Shown here piece by piece: positions 8,446 through 17,027 of a stretch of 64,000 bases of DNA. The stretch comes from a virus. The notes under the pieces are model-generated. The model was not told the origin of the DNA and did no database searches. It saw only the letters and a program-made list of their open reading frames with translations. A program made the position numbers and the translations under genes. The stretch's first letter is position 1. Every line of letters starts with the position of its first letter. Location of the stretch: positions 1 to 64,000 of the IMG/VR virus record IMGVR_UViG_3300021127_000004. One strand, given 5' to 3'.

Positions 8446-8672
8446 ACGAGCAAATTAAGCAAGCCGCTACGGCACACTCCCAAAAGTTCGACACCGACTA
8501 TCAAGAACACGCATTTGATGATTTTGTAGACGGCGCAAATTACGTCCTCAACACTTACTACTATCCTCTAATTGAGGCAGTAGAAAAACTAAGGGATAGT
8601 AAAGAACACGATAAACATTGGGCAAGAGTGGAGACAATAATTTTAAATGGTAAAAAATTACAAAATGAATAA
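8442..8672 (+). CDS. hypothetical protein
   Basis: 76 aa, F.DGA motif common in Bacteroidota phage small proteins. Confidence 0.65.
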   Translation: MNEQIKQAATAHSQKFDTDYQEHAFDDFVDGANYVLNTYYYPLIEAVEKLRDSKEHDKHWARVETIILNGKKLQNE

Positions 8673-9000
8673 TAAAGAATTAACCCCCACAATAGCCGAG
8701 ATGAGCGAAGTAGTGGCGAAGTATATGGGATGGGAAAATCATAGAAACTATGATAAATGTTATTTTTTTGATGGTGAAAATATTATTAATTTTCATTCTT
8801 GGAAAAGGCTTCACGAAGTTTGGGAGAAGGTGAAGAAGGAAATAATATATATAAGAGAGGCAGATGAATACTACTTAGAATGTTCATATCAAATTTCGGA
8901 AGGCACTCCCTTAGAAACCCTTACAGCCCTATATGATGCAATAATATTTATTCAACAATTAAAACAAGAAAATGCAAACAATGCAAACAAAGACATTTAG
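8665..9000 (+). CDS. hypothetical protein
   Basis: VAKYMGW...FHSW..L pattern; start revised. Confidence 0.65.
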   Translation: MNNKELTPTIAEMSEVVAKYMGWENHRNYDKCYFFDGENIINFHSWKRLHEVWEKVKKEIIYIREADEYYLECSYQISEGTPLETLTALYDAIIFIQQLKQENANNANKDI

Positions 9001-9093
9001 TGTGAAGGATGGTTCTGTTATCTTTTGCATCATCTACCCCAAAGGTAAACGACCCGACTTAGGGTATCCAGTTAACAATAAAAAAGAAGAAAA

Positions 9094-9306
9094 ATGACAA
9101 TATGGTTTAGTAAAATAAATAACGGAGTAAGAAAATATTGCAGTAAGTCAATATCAATTAATTACCACCTACAACATTGGAAGTTATTTAGCATTTATAC
9201 TAATGGTGCTATAAAAGGTAATAAACAACACACTTGCTTTGATTTGAATATTCAAGTATTAGGTATATTCTTTTCATATACAAATTGGGATTATAATAAT
9301 AATTAA
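9094..9306 (+). CDS. hypothetical protein
   Basis: 70 aa ORF. Confidence 0.55.
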   Translation: MTIWFSKINNGVRKYCSKSISINYHLQHWKLFSIYTNGAIKGNKQHTCFDLNIQVLGIFFSYTNWDYNNN

Positions 9307-9318
9307 AAATTATAACAA

Positions 9319-9453
9319 ATGAACGCCCCTAACACACCTAACAAACACGCCCAACTTCCCGAAAACTTGATAGTAGTTGACAGGGGATGGTTGGAGGCTA
9401 AAATACGGGTATGGGAAGATTATTGGGAAAAAGCAGACGGCAAAAAATATTAA
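9319..9453 (+). CDS. small hypothetical protein (44 aa)
   Basis: Hand-translated MNAPNTPNKH...GKKY. Confidence 0.5.
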   Translation: MNAPNTPNKHAQLPENLIVVDRGWLEAKIRVWEDYWEKADGKKY

Positions 9454-9455
9454 TT

Positions 9456-9842
9456 ATGAGCAACTTAAATTTAATGGTAGGGGATTGGGTGAATAGACTT
9501 TGTGGTGAAAGATTTAAAGTAACCGCCGAATACTTAGTGTATATTTCTGATTACCCCGAAAGACTTCCTACTCCTATCCCTATTACGCCCGAGGTTATGG
9601 GGAAGATTGAAAGTATTTCTAAAAATGAAAATAGAGGTAGTAGATACGGTTTTTTAGATGGTTATTACAATATTGACAGAGATACTGATTTAGTTGCTAT
9701 TTTTGAAGATGATGGTTTATTATACATTTATACTTACGAATATTCACACGAGCAATTTCAATTAGTTTGTACTTTCCAATACCTCCACCAACTCCAGCAA
9801 CTAATACGATTATTTACAGGCAAAGAAATAGAAGTAAAATGA
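9456..9842 (+). CDS. conserved-type Bacteroidota phage protein
   Basis: LMVGDWV...PIPITPE...YLHQLQQL pattern; start revised. Confidence 0.7.
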   Translation: MSNLNLMVGDWVNRLCGERFKVTAEYLVYISDYPERLPTPIPITPEVMGKIESISKNENRGSRYGFLDGYYNIDRDTDLVAIFEDDGLLYIYTYEYSHEQFQLVCTFQYLHQLQQLIRLFTGKEIEVK

Positions 9843-10045
9843 TACCGTATATATATTTTAAAAGAGTAAAAAAAGGACAAAATCAGCCATATTTACTCAG
9901 GGTGTCAAGACATTTTCATCGCCTCAAACGAGTAGTGAAGGGTAGGCATTGGGTGAAATATAAACATTACCACCCAATAACGCATTACAAGAACAAGCAT
10001 CTATTTACAACTTATAGGGGTAATGTAGGGAACTACCCGTTTTAA
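9839..10045 (+). CDS. basic hypothetical protein
   Basis: ATGA overlap at 9839. Confidence 0.5.
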   Translation: MIPYIYFKRVKKGQNQPYLLRVSRHFHRLKRVVKGRHWVKYKHYHPITHYKNKHLFTTYRGNVGNYPF

Positions 10046-10057
10046 ACATAACACATT

Positions 10058-10282
10058 ATGACAATCGAACAACAAGCAGAAGCGATAGTAGATAAGTATA
10101 AAAACTTATTAAAGACATCAGATTTACAAACTTGCTACACGGGAGATTTAGATAATGAAACAAGGATAACTGCCATCCAATGCGCTATCACAGAAGTAGA
10201 GGCGATAATAGAAGCATTAGACACAGTTGGTTATTTTGGAGAAGATTATAGGGCTATTCTCGAACACTTAAAACAAATGTAA
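10058..10282 (+). CDS. hypothetical protein
   Basis: A.QCA...V..II pattern seen in Bacteroidota phage proteins. Confidence 0.65.
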   Translation: MTIEQQAEAIVDKYKNLLKTSDLQTCYTGDLDNETRITAIQCAITEVEAIIEALDTVGYFGEDYRAILEHLKQM

Positions 10283-10299
10283 AATAATAGAGTAAAATT

Positions 10300-10707
10300 A
10301 TGAAATTAAAAACAATAGCAGACGCAATAAATGAAATGTCGGATAGATTATCAAAATCTATTTGCGAAAGAAATTATTTCAATCAAAAAGATATTGCCAC
10401 TATAATTAAGATAGGGGTATCTACTGATATTGAGCAATACATTAATAGCATAAGTAATGAACTAAAAGAAGAACGTGACTTGATGGCTGCTCAATATAAT
10501 TCAGCACAAACGCCTTTGTGGAAGAGAAAAGAATTGCAAAATAAGTTACTTGAAAATAAATCTTTAGTAAAAAAATCAAACATTTTAATTGCAGATTTGC
10601 GAAAAAATAATGAATATCAAAATTTAAAATCGTACCTTAGAGAAAACGGACATTCTTATATTTTAGAACAATTTTATGAGGAAGAAAATAAAACTACAAC
10701 GCCCTGA
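10300..10707 (+). CDS. hypothetical coiled-coil protein
   Basis: 135 aa ORF. Confidence 0.65.
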   Translation: MKLKTIADAINEMSDRLSKSICERNYFNQKDIATIIKIGVSTDIEQYINSISNELKEERDLMAAQYNSAQTPLWKRKELQNKLLENKSLVKKSNILIADLRKNNEYQNLKSYLRENGHSYILEQFYEEENKTTTP

Positions 10708-10935
10708 CTATCATCTTAGGCAGCAATGTGGGGTTAAAGAATTGAAAGCAATTTCATTTTTAAATAAGATAATAAAAAATTATAAACGTATGTTAAATTT
10801 AGAAAAATTATGAGTTACAGTAAAGAAGATGCAGAAAAGTACGATGCTATGTTTTTGCAAATTAAAAAAAATGCAAGTAGAGGAAACAAATAACCCTATC
10901 GTATTTTATTTTAAAACTTATAAACAAGATTGATT

Positions 10936-11106
10936 ATGAAACGAGAAAGCGGATGGTATTGGGTGAAAAACTATTGGATGCCTCATGCCTATCCTAGATA
11001 TTATAGTGCAAATAGTAAGTTATGGTATAGTAATATAGAATTTTTACCAGATAGTTTTTGGGAGATAATATATCCCGAAAGAATTAAATCACCAGAAGAA
11101 AAGTAA
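10936..11106 (+). CDS. small Trp-rich protein (56 aa, MKRESGWYWVK...)
   Basis: Hand-translated; R..GWYWVK start typical of small phage proteins. Confidence 0.6.
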   Translation: MKRESGWYWVKNYWMPHAYPRYYSANSKLWYSNIEFLPDSFWEIIYPERIKSPEEK

Positions 11107-11212
11107 AGTTATGACATTTGCGCACGGATTTATGATAAATATTACATTGTGCTATTATAGGAAAGAATTATATGAAGCGGTAATTGTAGTTATTGATAAA
11201 ATGCTTATTAGG

Positions 11213-12016
11213 CTAAAACCCCAACTGTAAACGAGGATAATACTGTAAGATAATAGCCTTTAGTTTGTCAATTGGTATAGCCGCATCATTTGGCTTTGTG
11301 CTTGTATTGGTGCTATCATTAACTGCCAACCACGAGGCTATTTTACCACCTTTTATTTCAATCTTAAAATAGTAGTCACCTATGAATATATTATGGTACT
11401 TCTTAGGATGCGAAAGGCTTATAAGAACCCCAGTGTAAACGTGAATACTATCTATTGTAGCAGCATCATCAAGAACGCCTTTTTCAGTAAACGCCCATTG
11501 ATGCTGATTTTCAAAACCATCTTGGAAGCTAGTATTTGAGCAGAAGTACATTGTTTCTTTCGCCGCTATTGGGTCGAATGCCATAGCCTCAAAAGGTACG
11601 ATATGACCGACATTTATCTTATGTGCAGGGTTTTCTTTGTTGTAAGAATTATAATCTGTCTGAGATACTATTTGAAAGCGTTTAGGCACCAAAGGGTCTT
11701 GCGTAAATGATGCACAAGTTTTTCTATCTACTTTAGCACTTGTTTTTAAAGCGTTATAGTGCGCCGTTGTTTGCCAATAGTCGTTCAAAATCCCTTGACA
11801 AAATACCGTATCAAATTGCACCGTATAGTACTTATGGTTAAGTTGTATTGTATGTTGCCCCCACGACCATAACGTTGATGCCACCAAGATGGTAAACAGA
11901 ACCAACGACTTAGGCGTATGCTTAAACACTTTGCCTATAATTGCTTTTAATTTTATTACCTTGTTTACTCGTACGGTTACTCTTTCTGATTCTCCGTCTT
12001 TAAATAGTTTTTTCAT
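11213..12016 (-). CDS. DNA/RNA non-specific endonuclease (NucA-like) with export signal
   Basis: R...FTQDP, NVGHIVP (DRGH equivalent), ETMY..N..Q..N...W...E, V.TG, YYFK motifs; hydrophobic segment ending SWG-Q. Confidence 0.8.
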   Translation of the reverse strand: MKKLFKDGESERVTVRVNKVIKLKAIIGKVFKHTPKSLVLFTILVASTLWSWGQHTIQLNHKYYTVQFDTVFCQGILNDYWQTTAHYNALKTSAKVDRKTCASFTQDPLVPKRFQIVSQTDYNSYNKENPAHKINVGHIVPFEAMAFDPIAAKETMYFCSNTSFQDGFENQHQWAFTEKGVLDDAATIDSIHVYTGVLISLSHPKKYHNIFIGDYYFKIEIKGGKIASWLAVNDSTNTSTKPNDAAIPIDKLKAIILQYYPRLQLGF

Positions 12017-12021
12017 AATTA

Positions 12022-12040
12022 CAAAGATAGTTTATATTTG
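12022..12040. promoter_or_regulatory. back-to-back Bacteroidota -7 promoter elements
   Basis: TATCTTTG on minus (12022-12029, 5 nt before nuclease ATG) and TATATTTG on plus (12033-12040). Confidence 0.7.
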
Positions 12041-12044
12041 CCCC

Positions 12045-12172
12045 AACAGTACTTGGCAGCTTACCATTAGAACAGCTTACTGGTCAAGTCTTTTATTTAA
12101 GCCGACTTGGTTTTACCCGTTTGGTCTTATCAAGCCGCAAAAAGTCCTCTGTTTTTTAACAGGGGCTTTTTT
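12045..12172 (+). ncRNA. candidate small structured RNA
   Basis: Promoter element upstream, internal stems (GTCAAGTC/GACTTGGT), terminator at end, no ATG ORF. Confidence 0.35.
12139..12172. terminator. intrinsic terminator, possibly bidirectional
   Basis: AAAAAGTCCTCTGTT-TT-TTAACAGGGGCTTTTTT hairpin with A and T tracts. Confidence 0.7.
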
Positions 12173-12390
12173 AATTACCCATATTTATGGGGAATCCCCC
12201 ATATTATCACTTACAGCGTTTACTGTGAATATGAATAATTATAATTGCAAGAGATGTCAATTATTTTGCGCATTTTACTTGCCATATTTTAATAAGCATC
12301 TCGGATATTTTTCGAATAGTAACCATTTAATTATCAATTTTGATAGATATTTTGATAATGTATTAACAAAATTACTATTATTGGGTGATA

Positions 12391-12600
12391 TTACGGCAAC
12401 TTCATATAATTAGCAGCACGTTCTTTAGCTATCTTTTTATTGTCATCCTCAAACCACTGTTTAATCAAACTATCCTTTCTTATTCGTGACATTTTAATAG
12501 CCGTATCGTAACCTAATTCCATGCACTCCTTCATTAATTCAAGAAGCATAAACGTAGGATTATAACCTATCTTTTTTAATCGCTTTTCTGCTTTAGTCAT
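12391..12600 (-). CDS. hypothetical protein, paralog of 12614-12796 (start revised)
   Basis: MTK...PT...M.LGY.T...WF shared with neighbour. Confidence 0.65.
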   Translation of the reverse strand: MTKAEKRLKKIGYNPTFMLLELMKECMELGYDTAIKMSRIRKDSLIKQWFEDDNKKIAKERAANYMKLP

Positions 12601-12613
12601 AGTTGTATTTGTT

Positions 12614-12796
12614 TCAGTTACTAACTTTCTTCTTTTCCTCCGTAAACCAATCACGCTGCAAGTCCTCTAGTGTGGTGGTAGATATGCCCATTACAGACGT
12701 TGAATAGCCTAAACGCATAAAGTAGTCTAGTGCTGCTAGTATTTCTGGTGTTGGGGTTATATTGCGCTCGGAAAGGTATTGTTGGGATTTTGTCAT
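12614..12796 (-). CDS. hypothetical protein, paralog of 12391-12600
   Basis: 60 aa ORF; colinear similarity. Confidence 0.65.
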   Translation of the reverse strand: MTKSQQYLSERNITPTPEILAALDYFMRLGYSTSVMGISTTTLEDLQRDWFTEEKKKVSN

Positions 12797-12798
12797 AA

Positions 12799-13200
12799 TT
12801 AAAAGCTATTTAGTATTTTTAAAATTTTATCCCGACCTACTGGGTTTTTAGAGTGAACGTAGAATTTAGGTTTAGTTTCCCAATATCTAACACGATAATA
12901 TCTTCTTATCATAGAAGCACAATCTTCGCCGTTGCGTTCTATTTTAGGCTGTGCTTCTTGCCATTTTTTACTAACTTCGTAATCACTCCAATATTCTTTA
13001 GGTGTATAATGTGAATGGTGTAAATCGTGGTCGAAAGAAATAAAGTAAGGTAAACCGTTTTTAAATACCCATTCTTTCAACTCTTTATAATTTCTTACTA
13101 TTACCCATTTTCTAAATAGGTATTTTAGCTTAAAAGTATATAAAAATACATCAAAGGGTCTTCTTACATCGTCTAATAATAGGTATGTTTTTTTTGTCAT
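12799..13200 (-). CDS. cyclic-phosphate-processing receiver-like domain protein
   Basis: LLLDDVR, ISFDHDL, G.DCA, VHSKNPVG motifs. Confidence 0.75.
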   Translation of the reverse strand: MTKKTYLLLDDVRRPFDVFLYTFKLKYLFRKWVIVRNYKELKEWVFKNGLPYFISFDHDLHHSHYTPKEYWSDYEVSKKWQEAQPKIERNGEDCASMIRRYYRVRYWETKPKFYVHSKNPVGRDKILKILNSF

Positions 13201-13400
13201 AATTCATTAACTTTCTTTAATAATGTACCAATTTCAATCAATGCATAATCAGACCATAGTCCTTTAGTATCAATAGGCTCATAGTAGTAAGTGCCTAAGT
13301 CGCTTATAAATATGCCTATTGGCTTGTTATTGCTTTTTACAAAGACTTTATAAATGCCGTCTGCTAGTAGTTCTATTCTTACCGTTTGTGTTTCGGTCAT
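13197..13400 (-). CDS. hypothetical protein
   Basis: 67 aa ORF, ATGA overlap. Confidence 0.6.
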   Translation of the reverse strand: MTETQTVRIELLADGIYKVFVKSNNKPIGIFISDLGTYYYEPIDTKGLWSDYALIEIGTLLKKVNEL

Positions 13401-13403
13401 AAT

Positions 13404-14654
13404 TTACAATTTAGTCAAATCAAAAAAATAATCTTCGTGGCTTACTGTTGCCGAATGCTTATCTATCACTTGTATTGAATAGCCGCTATATGAACCGTTA
13501 TAGTTGTGGCTACTATGGAATGAAGGCGGCGCAAATGACATATAATTTCTATAATCAAACTTATTGCAACGCTTGTAGCCCAATTGGTGCAAGTCCCCTT
13601 TATCAACGTGAATAAACTTAGAATTAATGCCGTGATAGTCTATATAACTTCTAAAAAATTCTACTATCGCTGGGGTGAGGTCTAGCGATAGATTTTTAAG
13701 CCTTTGCTTTTCGTCTTTCCCGTGAGTGAGGATAAAACAATGGTCACCGTAAAAGAAATGCTCTACAAACTTATTGAGTATCTTAAAACCTATTTGCCCG
13801 TTTCCGTAAATTCTATCTAATACCATTTTGATAGTTTCATTCGCTATCCTTGCGAAGTCACCGCTATGGTTATCGTTTGACACATTACGGCATTCTATAT
13901 TGTCGGAAACATTGGCAGCAATTAGCCTTTCGATTAGGTTTAGTTTTCCTGTAACAAAAGTTTTAAAAGCATCTACGTTAGACATATTTTGTGGCAAGTC
14001 GTGACCGCCTCTAGTCGTTAACCCGTTCCAACCGTCTAATCCGTCCCCTAAGTCATCAATAAATAAAGTATCAAATTTACCAAATTGATTATGCTTTGCA
14101 ATAACAGAATTATAAACACTTTCTAAGTTTTGAAAGAATATATCCGCATTGTATTTGTAGTTGTAAATCCCGTATCCGTTGGGGTTTGGGTCTAATCCAA
14201 CGTGAGCATCCGATATAGTTACTTTAAGGGCTTTTTGGCACGTCTCATTGGGGGTTATTGGTACTGTTATTCTAGTAGTAAGCCTTTCAGTTACTATGTC
14301 CTCAATTGACTTTAAAATGTCGCTTTCTTGGGTTTGTTCGCATTTAACAAATATTGAGGCATCTTTAGTTTTCCACCAGTAATGCGTTACCCTTTCTTTT
14401 GGAATCCCAGTTGTTTCACATTCTTCTGCAAGTGCTTGGTGCTTTTCTTCTCCTCGTTTCCCTTTATTAAAATCTTCTGGCAATGGTGGTATTCCCCCCT
14501 CTTTTCTTAATGCCGACACAATATTAGACACCGTTTGTCGTGTGCTTTTGAATTTGTCCGCAATTACTTGCAAATCTTCCGACTGATGCGTTAGATAATA
14601 TTCCTTTATCTGTTCAGTCTTTGTTTTACTTTTTTCTTCGGCATTATTGGGCAT
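13404..14654 (-). CDS. calcineurin-like metallophosphoesterase with N-terminal HTH
   Basis: SDAHVG, LGDGLDG, DNH, THG, GDLH motifs; N-terminal IADKFKSTRQTVSNI helix-turn-helix. Confidence 0.8.
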   Translation of the reverse strand: MPNNAEEKSKTKTEQIKEYYLTHQSEDLQVIADKFKSTRQTVSNIVSALRKEGGIPPLPEDFNKGKRGEEKHQALAEECETTGIPKERVTHYWWKTKDASIFVKCEQTQESDILKSIEDIVTERLTTRITVPITPNETCQKALKVTISDAHVGLDPNPNGYGIYNYKYNADIFFQNLESVYNSVIAKHNQFGKFDTLFIDDLGDGLDGWNGLTTRGGHDLPQNMSNVDAFKTFVTGKLNLIERLIAANVSDNIECRNVSNDNHSGDFARIANETIKMVLDRIYGNGQIGFKILNKFVEHFFYGDHCFILTHGKDEKQRLKNLSLDLTPAIVEFFRSYIDYHGINSKFIHVDKGDLHQLGYKRCNKFDYRNYMSFAPPSFHSSHNYNGSYSGYSIQVIDKHSATVSHEDYFFDLTKL

Positions 14655-14681
14655 ACTTTTGTTTTAATTATCTTCAACGGT

Positions 14682-14780
14682 TCAAATCGTATGGGTGGGG
14701 TTGGCATTGTCGATAAGATTAGCCCATAATATTGCTACTATGAGCGTTAATGAAAATAGTATCGTGTAAACTGCTAACAT
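14682..14780 (-). CDS. 32 aa single-TM peptide after endolysin
   Basis: Hand-translated MLAVYTILFSLTLIVAILWANLIDNANPTHTI; overlaps endolysin stop. Confidence 0.4.
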   Translation of the reverse strand: MLAVYTILFSLTLIVAILWANLIDNANPTHTI

Positions 14781-15238
14781 GGTGTATTGTATAGTGTCCA
14801 TTCAGCCCTACGGCGTGTTTCTAGCCCTTTAACGGGCAAGTGGTTAGAGTATATCCATTTGTCAAATTCTAGCTGTATAGACGGGTCTTTTGGGTTTGCG
14901 TTTACTTTCTTTAGTAATGTACTTTCGGATAAGTTACCTTCACCCAAATTGTAAGCAAAAGACACCAACGCACCGAACTGATTATCGTTTAATTGTGATG
15001 TGACTAAATGACTAACGGCTACTGCTTTTTGATTGACTTCAAAGGTTAAGTATTCGATTGCTTGTTGTTCTGTAATTGCTGGTTCTCCTACTTTTACTTT
15101 GTTGCCATTGGGGTAAGTTGTTGAACCGTATCCGATTGTGTCTATCGAGGGGGCATCTATACTGTCATGATAGGCAGTTGCTGAAAACCCTTCGAAGTGT
15201 TTTATTAAATCTATTGTTTGTTTGTTTACTTGTCTCAT
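14774..15238 (-). CDS. endolysin, GH24 lysozyme
   Basis: LIKHFEG, AY.D, TIGYG, NQFGALVSFAYNLG, STLLKKVN, GL..RR.AE. Confidence 0.92.
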   Translation of the reverse strand: MRQVNKQTIDLIKHFEGFSATAYHDSIDAPSIDTIGYGSTTYPNGNKVKVGEPAITEQQAIEYLTFEVNQKAVAVSHLVTSQLNDNQFGALVSFAYNLGEGNLSESTLLKKVNANPKDPSIQLEFDKWIYSNHLPVKGLETRRRAEWTLYNTPC

Positions 15239-15242
15239 AACC

Positions 15243-15542
15243 TTACTTTTTTAAATCTTCATACCTTAACCCATTGTGATAAGAACGGTAATTTATATCG
15301 TCAAAAAATCCATTCATATCATGTTCTACTCCATCCTCTTGCCATCTTAATATTAATCCCACTTCGCACTCATTATCTATATCGTAGCGTATATCGTCAA
15401 GATTGAAGAAATACTGGCAACAAAAAGAAGCAATCCCCCCAATATCATCTCCTACCCATCCATCGAAATCTAAAACTTGCTTTCTAATGAATTTATTTAA
15501 GTATGCTATTGCTACTGATTCGTAGCGTTGTTTAAGTGTCAT
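15243..15542 (-). CDS. hypothetical Bacteroidota phage protein
   Basis: WVGDDIGG...DIRYDID pattern. Confidence 0.65.
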   Translation of the reverse strand: MTLKQRYESVAIAYLNKFIRKQVLDFDGWVGDDIGGIASFCCQYFFNLDDIRYDIDNECEVGLILRWQEDGVEHDMNGFFDDINYRSYHNGLRYEDLKK

Positions 15543-16063
15543 AACCTAGGTTTTACTATATACAATACCAACGCAATCACTATCGCTGCTAATAATAGCC
15601 AGAAATATAAGCACCATTCATTGCCTCTACTATGTTCTTTTGAAACTTGTAGTTGTTGAGTAGTGATTATTCCGTTTAATGTTGCTATCTGCTTGTTTAA
15701 ATTCTCTATTTGCGATTTGCAAAGGGATAGTTGTTGGTTGTCGATAATGGTGTCACGGTCGTGTATGTGCGTTGTATTTGTGTGGGTTATTGTAGTGGTA
15801 TCGTGTATGTAATTGCCTACTGTATCATGACAAGTAGCAATAGAGGTATCGTGCAAATAGGTTGTATCGCTCGAATGCGATATCACCTTATTATCGCAAG
15901 GGTGTAAGTTAGTGTAAACTTGCCCCACCGTATCAAATAGCGGTTCTTTAGTTAGCACTTTCTGTAACGCTGTACGGTCGGACATACAACCCGTTAAATG
16001 CCACATTATCAGTCCAAATAAAATGATAATTCCAATGTAACTATAACCTTTATCTGCTTTCAT
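15539..16063 (-). CDS. unimolecular spanin (u-spanin)
   Basis: N-terminal lipoprotein signal (LTG-C) plus C-terminal TM helix, between holins and endolysin. Confidence 0.75.
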   Translation of the reverse strand: MKADKGYSYIGIIILFGLIMWHLTGCMSDRTALQKVLTKEPLFDTVGQVYTNLHPCDNKVISHSSDTTYLHDTSIATCHDTVGNYIHDTTTITHTNTTHIHDRDTIIDNQQLSLCKSQIENLNKQIATLNGIITTQQLQVSKEHSRGNEWCLYFWLLLAAIVIALVLYIVKPRL

Positions 16064-16082
16064 TTTTTCTCTTTTTAAAAGT

Positions 16083-16114
16083 ACCCTCTATCGTTCTTGT
16101 GTTAGATAGAGGGC
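16083..16114 (-). terminator. hairpin, possible terminator/attenuator upstream of spanin
   Basis: CCCTCTATC/GATAGAGGG 9-bp stem followed on minus strand by TACTTTT. Confidence 0.5.
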
Positions 16115-16185
16115 GTTAAATGTGTCTCGGACACTAGCCCCGTATGATTTAAGGGCGAACTTGGGGCAATGTAGCCGCAATCAGT

Positions 16186-16368
16186 TTACTGTGGCGTAGT
16201 GCCTCCTGTTACGTTACCGTCTTTAGCTGCAATCAAACCTGCTGCTACTAAAATAGTAGTTATAGCTGTTGCTACATCTGTTGTCACATATTGGGGATAT
16301 AAAGTATGTGCCAACGTAGGCAATACTGCTAAAATCCCTGCTAATGTTGTCTTCCACGATTTAATCAT
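16186..16368 (-). CDS. putative holin
   Basis: KSWKTTLAG..., two TM segments, GLIAAKD motif, lysis context. Confidence 0.7.
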   Translation of the reverse strand: MIKSWKTTLAGILAVLPTLAHTLYPQYVTTDVATAITTILVAAGLIAAKDGNVTGGTTPQ

Positions 16369-16450
16369 TTCTTCTGTTTTAAATTATTATCAAATATTTT
16401 ATAACCTATATACATAGACAAAACTACATAAATAAGTTTAATTATCCACA

Positions 16451-16642
16451 TTATTTTTTACTAGCGTCTTTACGGATAGCTTGGTAGTAGTAAATTATGG
16501 CAAAAACGGATACAACACACCCTAATACAAATGAGATAATTTTCATAGTCCAATCGGCTACATTTGCCGATACTGCAAAAAAACCTAATCCCCCTATTAG
16601 TGTTGCAAATCCGTCTGCTGTCTGTTTAATGTGGTGTAACAT
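16451..16642 (-). CDS. putative holin/antiholin membrane protein
   Basis: Two hydrophobic segments and basic C-terminus. Confidence 0.55.
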   Translation of the reverse strand: MLHHIKQTADGFATLIGGLGFFAVSANVADWTMKIISFVLGCVVSVFAIIYYYQAIRKDASKK

Positions 16643-16659
16643 AGTCTCTTAATGTGATT

Positions 16660-17016
16660 TTATTTGAATGTTAATTTTAAAAACGCCGCAACGAATTGTA
16701 AAAGCATCAACGCCGAACCATCCCAAGCCGTGTATTGTGCTGATGTCAAAGTATACTGATTTGATTTAACCCTCCTGCCATCATTAGCTATTAAAACATA
16801 GCTAACAGTTACTAAGGTGTCATTTTCACTTGAATAAGACTGATTTGAGCCAGTTATCCCAATAGCTGACAAGGTGTCTTTCTGTTCGGGGAAACCTTGC
16901 CTAAAATAGACTTCGTTTATTCTTGCGGCTGTGCAGCCTGTAATAGTCGTGTCTATTGTTTGAGCCATAACACTTAACGACCCTAATACTAATAATCCTA
17001 ATAATAACTTCTTCAT
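16660..17016 (-). CDS. small fibre-associated protein with signal peptide
   Basis: MKKLLLGLLVLGSLSVMA-Q; Y.L...G.....N.......Y..W pattern. Confidence 0.7.
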   Translation of the reverse strand: MKKLLLGLLVLGSLSVMAQTIDTTITGCTAARINEVYFRQGFPEQKDTLSAIGITGSNQSYSSENDTLVTVSYVLIANDGRRVKSNQYTLTSAQYTAWDGSALMLLQFVAAFLKLTFK

Positions 17017-17027
17017 AATTGATTGAT

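Noticed and set aside
11889-12413. 174 aa plus-strand ORF
   Set aside because: Overlaps the nuclease antisense and runs through a promoter and a terminator
16105-16180. Resemblance to SAM-II riboswitch (TGATTTAA...AATGTAGC) and to pistol/HDV ribozymes
   Set aside because: Lacks the UUGC/GCUAAA pairing of SAM-II, is antisense to the genes, and stem order and spacing do not fit the ribozymes; kept only as an unclassified structure
16442-16450. Perfect DnaA box TTATCCACA
   Set aside because: Single copy; about one is expected by chance in 64 kb of AT-rich DNA
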